Shown: piece by piece, positions 24,015 to 36,510 of the stretch
How positions within the stretch are numbered: position 1 is the first letter of the stretch
Layout of the letters: each line of letters starts with the position of its first letter
Assembly (NCBI RefSeq): GCF_037042905.1
Contig: NC_087245.1
Location: 3,288,001-3,352,000, forward strand
From: Lytechinus pictus
Taxonomy: Eukaryota
Reading direction: 5' to 3'
Length of the DNA: 64,000 nucleotides
Notes under the pieces: model-generated
Seen by the model: only the letters and a program-made list of their open reading frames with translations
Told to the model about the DNA's origin: nothing
Database searches by the model: none
Translations under genes and position numbers: made by a program

Positions 24015-27000
24015 ATTAACACTATGTTCATTACCTTCTTTACGGAAAGCCTTCAAACAGTGAATGAATGATAATATCATTTGTAGCGATATATACGGAA
24101 TATGGAATGACGTTATGCAATACCTAATTATAATCTGAATCTGAATGAATATGGTTATTTTGAATCATATTTCAAAATGGAGAGAAGTATAAAATGCTGG
24201 AAATTACAAAATATATATAACAATGATACTCTCACAAATGACAAAACATGCCAGCGTGCAGGCACTTTCTTCATTAAGACTGCATTCAGCATTCAAAGAG
24301 GCAATCATTTTGCACATTATCTCTCTCTCCCCCTCCCTATCTCTCTCTCTCTCTCTTACTTACTACGTAAAATGGCACTAGTTGACACACATCATGCTTG
24401 TCTCAAAGCCTCCATAATATTCCCCGAGCATCTCTTTAATCAACTTAAGTACCCTGCCGGTGAAATCTGGACATTCATAATGGATGATGGTATCAAAGAA
24501 ACAAAATACAAAAATCAAGTTCTAATTACGTTCTCTTATCGATCATTTCAATACATGTGGACAGTTCCAAAGTTGAGAAATATTCACATCATGTTTTATA
24601 TAAAAGCATGCCATAACAGAGCAACAAATTTTGTAAGTCTATAATTTGTAATAAACTTCTCTCCGAAGGCTTATTTTGCTCTAAAGCTAGAATAATAGCA
24701 TATCCCGATTTTCATGTTTATGCAAGCATTATACATATTTATTTCCCCCTCTATATGAAACAAGAGTTAACATGTTAACATACAAATAAATAGAACCCAC
24801 TACATTATCATTCAGTAAATTTACATTCTTTTGCCAGGGTGCATCAGACAGAGATAGGTATTTAGCTTTTGAACACGTATGTGTGTGCATATTCTGTTAC
24901 CGCCAATGCATTGCTTTTCTTTGATACGAGGTCAGCAAGGCGCCATGTTGGTTGGTACGTTGATACGTCAATGCGATTACAGAGAGGAAACTCAACGGAC
25001 TTAGCCCCAAAATATGACCCTGTCACATTCACTAAACGTGGTGTGATCCTGTTTCAGCCATATATTATGAGAAAGTATTCAATTCTTTGACTTTTTAATC
25101 CAAAACAGAATGTGATTATTTTTTAATCAATTTCAGTCCAACGAACATGTACAAAAAATTAACAAAAATAACTTTGAATGTTTTGTATTTCAACTTAATC
25201 TATTTTACTAACGATTTAGGACATTCAATTTTTACTATGACTTTTTTTTATTATTATCTTTTTTTTTTTGGGGGGGGGTTGGAATATGATAATACTTTAT
25301 GAGGGGCTACCATTAGTTCCTGTGTTTGATCTTGTAATGAAGCATTCGTATACCTGATGATTCCACACATTGCTACCATCTTACTGACCAGCACAATTAC
25401 CATCTGGTGTCTTCAGTCACTTCCTGCTATCTTCCAGAAGATGCAGATGCTACCTTTCTAAAATCAGCTGCCAAATCGGCTCTCCCCAAACCCCATGAAT
25501 AAAACATCCTCATACGATCCACTTTCTTTCCTAGGAGGGATTACTTGTTACCGCTGTAGGAAGCGTTCTACTCCTATTGATGTCTAATCATAAATATTGC
25601 TCATCTTTGCCAATTCCCATAAAAGCCCAATTTGTATCGTTTCACGTCTATCGCGTATATTTTGAGCATGTCGAGACAACTTGGAGACTCGATTCCATTA
25701 CATTTGGTATATTCAGGTTATAGTCAGGAGGGCTACGACAGTAAATAGATGCGCCTTTTGATTAACATTAATGTCATGTGTATTGTCATATTCTGCTTCG
25801 GAAAAAAAATTATTTACTTTATATGTTGAAAACTCCCATATCCTTCGTCAGGTCCCCTGCTTAATTTTATCCTAATAATGGCACAAAGTTTGATTTGATC
25901 GATCAAAATACCATGATTCCAATAATACATATTTTAACATTCTGACATCCGAAACTCGTTCAGGACATAATCAACGAACTTTAACAGTTGTAGTCATGAG
26001 ATTCGAGCATACTCCTGAGAACCCCTAGATTAAAGGGTTTTCTACAGCATACGAAGAGTTGGCCGTTTGTTGAGATGCGCTATCCTAAGGTGACCTTTAC
26101 TGGTATAAAAGTAAACAATATATATTTACATTGCACTCGTAACGGGCACATGCAATCATGGTAACAATGTAAAAAAAAAACTTGATTTCGAACATGAAAA
26201 GATGCGGTTTTACGTAAGCTTAATAGAGTCATCAAAACAAAAAACAGTCATAATTTGGTTGCGTTTGATTGAAATATATCGCTAATTTCAAAGCCATGAA
26301 AGGGTATAATGCAGTCAACGAAGGACAATTTGGCTTCTATTCTCGGGATGTTGGTGATTTCGTTATCTTGATTCTTTATACAGGCTAATACCACGAAGTT
26401 TATTAGGTTAATATGTTGTCTGTTCACTCATTCTCACCTACATTTTCTTTCAGTCATTCATTTTAAATCTTTCTACTTTCAGTGGTCTCCTTTCTGTTGG
26501 CTGCATCTACTGATGTCTCCCATTTTCATCCATTCTCTCCCCTCTTCTGCCCTTTCACTATCTTGTATATCATTCTCTTTACTCTCTTTTATTGATTCCC
26601 GTTGTCCCTGACCGACACATTTCTTTTTCAAGGACCAACCTGGTTGGACCTTACTGACGCACGTATTCGTTTCCAACAATCAATTCCAATTTGTTAAATT
26701 TCATAGGCAGGTATGCCACCAATCCTAGACGTAAAAGATGCTACTGGATGAAATCAGATCAGTCACAGAAAGTACGATCCGCTCCCCCCTCTCTCTCTCT
26801 CTCGCTTTCTCTTTATATCTCTCTATCGAAAAGAAAGGGATGATCAAGTAAAAAAGGAGCCACCCTTGCAAACAAAGCACCAGTTGATTATATTTTCATA
26901 TACGAGAGTGGTAGACTATATACTCTCCTTTATACTTCATTCGTAATTACTTAAGCACAGTGGTAATATTGTAACTTGTGTTGTCCTTCCTTTCGCATCA

Positions 27001-27228
27001 TCAAATCTTCCCTGCGCCTAAAAAGTTGCAATGTGGTTCTTCTATATTATGTTCAATTGTGACCTCCAATATCGATGAACCTTATTTGCATTCTTCTGTA
27101 CTAGGTATACAGGACTCTTACCTTAGTAGATTTGAGGTCACTCTCTTTAAGGTCACAACCAACTCTTCAGCGTTTAAATTCTATGCTCTTGTGAAAAGCT
27201 AAATCACATCAGTCATTCCACGCTCTTA

Positions 27229-27406
27229 CACAGTAAACAATATCACGCTGTTTAATTTCGTCACTCTAACAGCAAGTTTTTTAAACTTTTACACGATTGC
27301 TTAAACTTTTTTTGAAATTATTTTAACATGTTCAACATCTTGTAATTGATGTTAGAGTGACGGGCTTAAACAACCTGCTTGATTTTTAAACAGCGTTTTT
27401 ACAATG
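27229..27406. mobile_element. CACTG/CACAG-terminal MITE, second family
   Basis: TA|CACAGTAAAC...CGCTGTTTAA ... TTAAACAGCGTTTTTACAATG|TA; inner inverted pair GTCACTCTAACA / TGTTAGAGTGAC. Confidence 0.65.
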
Positions 27407-28062
27407 TATTTCGCTGAATTTCTACCTAATATACTATTCGTTTATTGCAAAAAAAAAACAGATGTACCATAAATCCCACCTAATAAACGTTATCTTTGAA
27501 TATGATTTAGAGAAAGCAAACACATTTTGAATAGTTTAATATTGCCTAGTTGAATTGAAGGAATTTGAAGTCTAATTTTTCATTTACTTATTTTCCAGTT
27601 ATATCGTAATACGTAATAACAAACAATATTACATACGTATCTAGAGTAAATGAATCATAAGATAATTATGTTATCAATTGAATGGTCTCAAAACACACCT
27701 TTTATAGCAAAAGCTTGGATCGAATGAGTAAGTAATGGTTGTTTAAGACATATTTAATCTTATTCGTTAATATACCTTTGTTAACACATTTCTATCCCAT
27801 TCATTTCTTCACTTATTCGGCTGTTTATTCAAAATTCATTTTCATAAAGCTCATATCTAAACTTCAAATTTATTTAATTTCATATACTTTAAATGGTCTG
27901 GTATTTCATGTACGATCACTCATACTGAGGATATCAAGTGCTATTAACGTATGGCTAAGCATTTTGACACCACCATGAGTCATGTCCCATAAGCACTCAC
28001 GACCAAAAGCCTACCACGTCCTTTTGATAAATATGCTTTTTGTATATGTGTAGTCTAACTTA

Positions 28063-29258
28063 AGCCCCTTTCACAATTGACGTACTACCTGTTTACGACC
28101 ACCTGCAACAATTTTTTCTTGTTGTTGCACGATCGATCCCTTGGTGTCTTGCGAGCACTCGCAGTCGTTGTAGACGATCGCACAAACTCGAGGTGGTCGG
28201 AGGTGATCGTGACTGGTCGCATCTGAACGTTGAACATGTTCAAAATCCAAACGCGATCAAATACGATTGATTCACTCGCAACAGGTCGTACCATCGGTCG
28301 GGCGACCATCGTGTTAGTGTTGTTCAACGTTGTACAACTTGGTGCGAGAGGTGACACAACTAAGTATAGTCGCATTTAGTCGACTGGAGGTCGTACAACA
28401 CTTGCACATGTGCTGGAGACCTACAGAGACCAGTCTTGCGACTGGGTGCGATAATATAAGACTGTTGCAAGATCGATCGAAATTACGGCTTACAACATTC
28501 CACTACCGTTGCATTCGCTTGTATGCGACCGTTCAGCCCCTTTCACAATTGACGTCCGACCAGTTTACGACCGCCTGCAACAGTTTTTTCTTGTTGTTGC
28601 ACGATCGATCTCTTGGTGTCTTGCGAGCACTCGCAGTCGTTGTAGACGATCGCACAAACTCGAGGTGGTCGGAGGTGATCGTGACTGGTCGCATCTGAAC
28701 TTTGAACATGTTCAAAATCCGAACGCGATCAAATACGATCGATTCACTCGCATCAGGCCGTACCCGGGGTCGTAACATCGCTCGGGCGATCATCGTGCGA
28801 GTGTTGTTCAACGTTGTACGACTTGGTGCGAGAGGTGGCACAACTAAGTAGTCGCATTTACTTGACTGGAGGTCGTACAACACTTGCACATGTGCAAGCG
28901 ACCTACATGTACAGAGACCTGTCTTGCGACTGGTTGCGATAATAATATGGGCCATAATACTGTTGCAAGACCGATAGCAACGGCTTACAACATTGCACTA
29001 CCGTTTCATTCGCATGTATGCGACCGTTCCACTCGCAATCCCTCGTTCAACACTCGCATGTGATCGCACGAGCACAATAAGAGCATATGCGACTTACTCG
29101 TGCAACGGGGTTTACTGGTTGTTTTTGTTGTACGACAGCTGTTGCAACTGTGAAAGCCTCTGTGCGATCTTATGAGATGACTAGCGATTGATGCCTGTTG
29201 CAGCCTGTCGCACGACCAAAAGGTCGCAAATGGTCGTACGTCAATTGTGAAAGGGGCT
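28063..29258 (-). mobile_element. Harbinger-like non-autonomous element, copy 1 (1196 bp, reverse orientation)
   Basis: TIR AGCCCCTTTCACAATTGACGTAC at both ends plus an internal TIR at 28535; flanks TTA / TAA; reverse complement of 50935-52120. Confidence 0.9.
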
Positions 29259-29261
29259 TAA

Positions 29262-29625
29262 AGCCCCTTTCACAATTGACGTACGACCTGTTTACGACCA
29301 CCTGCAACAGTTTTTTCTTGTTGTTGCACGATCGATCCCTTGGTGTCTTGCGAGCACTCGCAGTCGTTGTAGACGATCGCACAAACTCGAGGTGGTCGGA
29401 GGTGATCGTGACTGGTCGCATCTGAACTTTAAACATGTTCAAAATCCAAACGCGATCAAATACGATTGATTCACTCGCAACAGGTCGTACCATCGGTCGG
29501 GCGATCATCGTGTGAGTGTTGTTCAACGTTGTACGACTTGGTGCGAGAGGTGGCACAACTAAGTATAGTCGCATTTAGTCGACTGGAGGTCGTACAACAC
29601 TTGCACATGTGCTGGAGACCTACAG
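29262..29625 (-). mobile_element. Truncated copy (364 bp) of the same element
   Basis: Starts with the TIR after TAA and is the reverse complement of 30449-30812; fused directly to the TIR of copy 3 at 29626. Confidence 0.9.
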
Positions 29626-30812
29626 AGCCCCTTTCACAATTGACGTACGACCATTTGCGACCTTTTGGTCGTGCGACAGGCTGCAACAGGCATCTATCGC
29701 TAGTCATCTCATAATATCGCACAGAGGCTTTCACAGTTGCAACAGCTGTCGTACAACAAAAACAACCAGTAAACCCTGTTGCACGAGTAAGTCGCATATG
29801 CTCTTATTGTGCTCGTACGATCACATGTGAGTGTTGCACGAGGGATTGCGAGTGGAACGGTCGCATACATGCGAATGAAACGGTAGTGCAATGTTGTAAG
29901 CCGTTGCGATCGGTCTTGCAACAGTCTTATGGCCCATATTATTATCGCAACCAGTCGCAAGACAGGTCTCTGTACATGTAGGTCGCTTGCATATGTGCAA
30001 GTGTTGCACGACCTCCAGTCAAGTAAATGCGACTACTTAGTTGTGCCACCTCTCGCACCAAGTCGTACAACGTTGAACAACACTCGCACGATGATCGCCC
30101 GAGCGATGGTACGACCCCGGGTACGGCCTGATGCGAGTGAATCGATCGTGTTTGATCGCGTTCGGATTTTGAACATGTTCAAAGTTCAGATGTGACCAGT
30201 CACGACCACCTCGAGTTCGTGCGACCGTCTACAACGACTGCGAGTGCTCGCAAGACACCAAGAGATCGATCGTGCGACAACAAGAAAAAAACTGTTGCAG
30301 GCGGTCGTAAACTGGTCGGACGTCAATTGTGAAAGGGGCTGAACGGTCGCATACATGCGAATGCAACGGTAGTGGAATGTAGTAAGCCGTAATTTCGATC
30401 GGTCTTGCAACAGTCTCATATTATCGCACCCAGTCGCAAGACTGGTCTCTGTAGGTCTCCAGCACATGTGCAAGTGTTGTACGACCTCCAGTCGACTAAA
30501 TGCGACTATACTTAGTTGTGCCACCTCTCGCACCAAGTCGTACAACGTTGAACAACACTCACACGATGATCGCCCGACCGATGGTACGACCTGTTGCGAG
30601 TGAATCAATCGTATTTGATCGCGTTTGGATTTTGAACATGTTCAAAGTTCAGATGCGACCAGTCACGATCACCTCCGACCACCTCGAGTTTGTGCGATCG
30701 TCTACAACGACTGCGAGTGCTCGCAAGACACCAAGGGATCGATCGTGCAACAACAAGAAAAAACTGTTGCAGGTGGTCTTAAACAGGTCGTACGTCAATT
30801 GTGAAAGGGGCT
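29626..30812 (+). mobile_element. Harbinger-like element, copy 3 (1187 bp, forward)
   Basis: TIR at 29626, internal TIR ending 30340, final TIR ending 30812|TTA; near-identical to 50935-52120. Confidence 0.9.
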
Positions 30813-32524
30813 TTAGATACACACTTGGACTCGATAAATAACTGAGCATGACTGGTATCTTTGGAGTTACAATCAAGACTGCCTTTATTTCCACTAGTCC
30901 ACTATATATACATGTATTATGCACTGTACATAACATTATATTCTCTGTGGGGTAGGATGATATTGATAAGGAAGTATGATTGTTTCATTTCTGTGTCCGC
31001 AAGCACGTGTGAATGTTGCACCACATAGCAAGTTTAGAAAATTACTCTAAAAATCCTTCAAAAATCAATGTAACCTTTTCCATGTTTAATTCGAAACATT
31101 AAAGAAAAGTTGTGTCGATACGAGTCACTGACTTTCAGGGAACTGTATATCTAGTGAGCTCCGTTGATGATGTTATCAACTAAGTATTAAAGAAATAAAA
31201 TTTGTATTTTTACAGCAGCAAAACAGTGTGAAGTAAAAAGAAAGCGCCATAATACATTGATGACTTACGTTTGAATAAAGGGGTACTCCGGGCTGAAATT
31301 GATTACATATTAATATAATTATAGTAAAATCCACTGAGTAAAATGTTGAAAATTTCATCAAAATCTGATGACAAATAACAAAGTTATTCAATTTTAAAGT
31401 TTAGCAACATTTTGTGAAAAAAAGTTATATGCCGGTCGTCTTGAATATTTATTAGGTGCATGGGACTTAGTGTCTTTTCTCAAGTTCTCTTTCATTGAAT
31501 TATAATATTCAATTCAGCCCATTCAATGCAGTTCATTGACATTGAACTTATAACTTTCTAATTTTATTTTTTTCTATTGAATTACATGTTTGTATATAAT
31601 ATGTATATGTTTGTAAGATACATCCCTCGCTGCCTTACCTGGAGTTGGAAGGAATGGCTTGCGGGTTACAGGAATTTTACGTTTCTTTTTTTTCTTCCAG
31701 GCAACTCCAGGACTGCAGCCGCGGGGAGTCCTTTTTAAAATTCTGTCATACTTTGTAATGTCATCATTCTATGGTTTTGTTTGTTTGAAATGCCCATTAA
31801 ATAATAATAATAATAAAGGCAATGTTTTGTTTATTTATGATGTGATGATATTTTTTATTATCATCTAAGTAGAGCGTTAAAGTCATACATTAAAAACGCA
31901 TAATTTGGTCTCTTCAATTGCCTGTGCAGTATCAGAGCGTATCCCTAGAATGACCGAAATCCGAAGAATATCCCATAGTAGGCTCCTGTACAAAATTTGC
32001 TATTGAATAGGAGAGATTATTACCTATGCAAGGTATTTTAGCAGATAAATAAAAGTCATATTTCGCTCGCTACTTTCAATCCGAGACCGACGAGGTAAAC
32101 ATTTGCCATGTTTCCCTCCCCGGGCTTTGCCCATAGGAATCCTGTACAAAACAGAGGGCAATATTTGCCATATTTCTTCTAGTGCGCTTGCGCAGTAGGA
32201 GCCGATTTTGATCGCTAGTCTCAGTATTTGAGAAATCTGGCTGGAACCAGTTTATGAACAAACGCATTGTAGATAATGCGCGGCGCGACCAGTGCATACA
32301 CAAACGTAACCCAAGCGCAAGATTTCTACTTGCTGAGTGTATGTGCGCGCCGTGCATGATGCGCGACTGCAACGTAACAATTACGTCACAATTGCTAATT
32401 AAATGTTACTTCGCTAAGGTCGTGAATAACCTGAAATCAGAAAGAGTGATGAGCAAACAGGCATATAAATTGTTCCAAATAGTAGCTTGAATTACACGTT
32501 GTACAGCCTTGGGTAATAATAATG

Positions 32525-32663
32525 ATATTGACTGGCTCTTCTTTCGGGAAACATCAAATATGTCGCCCTTAAAAGAACCATATTGCCCTCGTCTAAAGAC
32601 TCGGGTCAATATGATTCTGTTGCGGGCGACATATTTGATGTTCCCCTCAAGGCCAGTCAATAT
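32525..32663. repeat. ~140-bp near-perfect hairpin (Crypton-like palindrome)
   Basis: ATATTGACTGGC...AACATCAAATATGTCGCCC...CATATTG / CAATATG...GGGCGACATATTTGATGTT...GCCAGTCAATAT. Confidence 0.8.
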
Positions 32664-32951
32664 TATATAAATATTCAACAGTATAGTGCGCATATAAATA
32701 ATATAAATATTCAACAGTATAGTGCACATGCGTGAATGCGCGTACAACAGCGAAAGCAATGCGATGTGCAGCATAAGAGCGCAACGACACTTAATTACGT
32801 CATAATGCACTACATGCAAGTCGCATGTCAACGACCAAATTTGATCTTATGAAGTGATGATGCCATTATGTGTTAAGCGGATATGACTTGTTCAATCAAA
32901 TGTCTCTCTCTTTTTTATTGCTCGGGGTGGGTATATATGATAATACTTATT

Positions 32952-33063
32952 TTGGATGGCTTTATTTCATGGAATACCAGAAATATTCCACTCATCTGCG
33001 ATTCGTGGAATATTTGCCCAAAATTCTTGGAATATTTCTGGTATTCCATTCATAGCCATCCAA
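32952..33063. repeat. ~110-bp hairpin
   Basis: TTGGATGGCT...ATGGAATACCAGAAATATTCCA / TGGAATATTTCTGGTATTCCAT...AGCCATCCAA. Confidence 0.8.
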
Positions 33064-36000
33064 TATAATATAATTGTTTTATGCACTTATAATTGTTTGC
33101 ATTTTACATATGTTTTTTCAACCTAATTGAATATGAAGAATAAATAATTGAATTAGATTGAATGGGCTGATATCATGTCCCCACCTTTAAATTCTTGTTA
33201 TTATGGAACCATAATTATTACATATGTTCGTATATATGCGTGTATAATTTTCCCTTATAATAAAATGCATTAAATCAGTTGTCAATGAAATTTATTTCAT
33301 TCTCGGAGGGCAAACTTTGCACATAGTTTCATATAATAAAATGAACAAGAATGAGTGGGGATATGACATCATGAGTTTGCTCATTGAATATTAATCAAGG
33401 CATGCATAAAACTGTCTCACCGAAATAATGCACATCTTTAAAATGTCACAACTTCGTTATTCCTTGTCCGATTTTGATCAGATTGTCAGTGTTATGTTTA
33501 TCTTATTTTTCTTCATCTCTTCAAATCATATTGTTTTCAGCCTGGAGAACCCCTTTAAACCTGGTGTGTTGTGACTTGAATATCCGAACGCGACGTCTAA
33601 ATATACTCTTCACGTTTGCCGCATAATTTGAAAAGTAACACCAACTCTTGCCCAACCGAAACTGTTATCATATTCCAAAGACCTGTTGTACGATGAGCAT
33701 TATGTTTCCATTTAATGACAACTTCCACATAATAAATGGCTACTTAATACCCTTGAATTTACGGTGAAGCTGAGCCCGTTGGCAAGAAGGGGATTTTAAA
33801 AGGATACTTTTCATCAATTAAACTTTTTTCCTTATGATGGATCAGGTGTTTTCTTATCTCACCCTACACCCATCGTAATTTACTTGTATGCAGGTGGATA
33901 AACAAATCATTTTCAATAATTTAAATTTTTTGTAGCTCAATTTCAATAAAGTGCTCGTGCAATTTTATGATATACTCTATGTGTATTTTATTTGCATTGA
34001 AATAAGAATTGAATTGAATCCAGTCTTATTCCATGTAAATAACTTACCAAACCTGTAAATGGTGACAACAACGGCAATGGAAGGTACAATGCGAATAATT
34101 AGGAGATAAAATCCATCTATAGAATTAATTAGAAATTGAAATATTGGTTACGAAATTTTGACATCCACCCCAATTCCACTTTTCTTTTGGCATTATGTGA
34201 TGTAAGCTTATGCCAGATCAAGTCTTAATTTCTCTCCCATTTTGTTCAATACATCCACAAATCCACTCATATGTCGCTTTGAGTTTTTGTTGACAAGCCA
34301 ATAATGAACATTATGTCAAACTGTGAAAGACCCTTCTAGTTTTCAATTATAGCTTACTTAATCCCAGTAAATATATACACCACCATTTATACAACTGCTG
34401 TTAAAATGAAGTCAACAGTCTCACCACCGCGCTTTCCTCTTTTTTTTTGCATGTACGGTGAAATAATGGAGTAGGAGAGGTCGTGAAGTATGTCCTCGTA
34501 ATTCTAATCAGATTTCTTATCAAGGTGCAGCCTAATGCCAAATGAAAGATGAACGTCGTTAGTGCCGATTTGAAGCATAGGAAAGAAAATGTGTAATCAA
34601 AATCGCATTTTCATTTAAATGTCAAGGAACATGTTGCTGAAAATGTCAAAAGTAGATGGTTTGGTGAAAGGTGGATATGATGATATATTTAATTTGATTA
34701 TGATTCAGATAGAACCCAATGTCACTCACACTTTATTCCCATTTTGTTCTGAGATGGCAGATAGTATTAAACCTTTGAGCTGAATATTTGCAAGTTCATT
34801 CTTGTCAGTGACTTCAATCATGATGTCATTGCAATAATCTTAAATATCTGTATAAGCTATACTACAAAAAAAAACTTGTAGAATATTGTAAACAAATCAT
34901 TTGGAACGTTTCAAGTAAAATGCTTTCATATTTAAAGGACTGATGTTATTATGAAGAAAAAACGTTGGTATGTTGGTATGTTTTTTTTCTCGAAATTTGT
35001 AATATTTCTTTGTGGCTATTAGTTTTAAGTTATGTCACAGCTTTCATTACAGCTGCAATGAAAAAAAATCCTTGTTGTTTGAGATATTTATTGATTTCTT
35101 CACATCATTATGATAAGCAACCTTTCTTAATTTCTTGTGCAAATGTAAATATTTGGTTAGACAAACGCTTTTTCATCGTGCACTGTCTTAGTGATTCAAA
35201 ATTGCTTTACTGAACGTTAGAGAGATTCGAAAAGAAGAAAACGTTCATTTCAACAGCACGGAGGCGTGAGGATAGGTTTTTCCCGTTCAACCATCAAACA
35301 TTGGTAGCATTGACTTAGCAAGATTTATTCAGATGCACCATTTCATTCGCACTTACACATCCATGTTCATTCCTCTTCCCCCCAATGAATCCATCTCATT
35401 ACTCGTGTTCGCTTTTGTCAATGTTGCAAGAGAAATGAAATGAAAACATCGCATCTGCGAAAAAAACACTCCAGAAAGCAAACTGCGTCCGATCGAACGA
35501 CTTGCATGGCGGCTTGCGAGAGCGGGTAAAGTGCTTTGGAATGAATAATTTCTGGAGAGAGTCGTGTAATTATAGTTCGCCATGACTATATATTTTTACA
35601 CATACTATTGGCCTTAAGGTGTATTTCTCTCTTTGTTTTCTTTCTCTCTATCTCCTAGCTCAATATTGACTGACTGGAAATAGATTGGTGAAAATGTTTT
35701 TGTTTACATTACATCATGTCGCGATGCCGTGGATCACTTTTTGTTCCCTTTCAATTGTTTGTATGTTTGCCTGCACATAGTCGAAAATGATATTTTGTGT
35801 TATTCTATTTATATGATAGTGTTTTGCAAAGGAATTAAATTTACAATGTTTATTTGAATGATAAGTACTGTTCATTGTGCATTAAATTTATAACAAATTG
35901 AATTTCGGATAATTCTGGAAAGGATGTTACGAACGAAAATAAACAACACGTTGTGGTCTAGACTAAATGAAAATCATTCATATGATTTTGGTCTAATACA

Positions 36001-36169
36001 AAACACACATGTTAGAAATAAATTATTATCCTTATAGTCCTGGGTAGGCCCCATAGAAAATTGAACAAACCTTGTTTTTTCATATATACAATACTTTTTG
36101 ATGGTTTCTTGTCAGTTTGAGGGTGCTGATTACAAATCTGAATGATGCCACTCTTTAGAAGAGATGACC

Positions 36170-36510
36170 AAATGGCAAGATCTTGGATCCGAGATCTTGC
36201 CATCTGATTATCTCTCCCACAAGATGTAGACATGGCGAGATCCAAGATCTTGCCATCTGATCATCTCTCACACAGGATGTACACATAATGAGATCAAAGA
36301 TCTTGTCATCTGATCATCTCTTCTATGACATGCGTAAGATGTAGACAGGACGAGATCCAAGATTTTGTCTTATGATTATCTCACACACGGGTTGTAGACA
36401 TGACGAGATCTAAGATCTTGCCATCATCTCTCCCACGAGATGTAGACATGTCGAGATCCGATATCTCATCATCTTATCATTTTCCCTAACAAATGTAGAC
36501 ATGACGAGAT
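36170..36510. repeat. Diverged ~53-bp minisatellite, ~6 units
   Basis: Unit ~CATGGCGAGATCCAAGATCTTGCCATCTGATCATCTCTCCCACAAGATGTAGA. Confidence 0.85.

Larger units (their letters stand above)
31279..33554. mobile_element. Kolobok-like non-autonomous element with nested insertions (~31460-33165)
   Basis: ATAA|AGGGGTACTCCGGGCTGAAA ... TTTCAGCCTGGAGAACCCCT|TTAA; AG..CT ends with a TTAA-type target. Confidence 0.7.

Noticed and set aside
25438..25502. Phase-1 terminal exon EDADATFLKSAAKSALPKPHE* with overlapping AATAAA
   Set aside because: Short, no PDE1 similarity, compatible with chance.
28085..30936. Many 60-140 aa ORFs in the repeat cluster (also 51018-52185)
   Set aside because: They arise in a GC-richer non-coding element on both strands, have no transposase or other motifs, and frames differ between copies.
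35440..35525. Short first exon MKTSHLRKKH...ES|GTAAAG
   Set aside because: Weak donor and no homology recognised.
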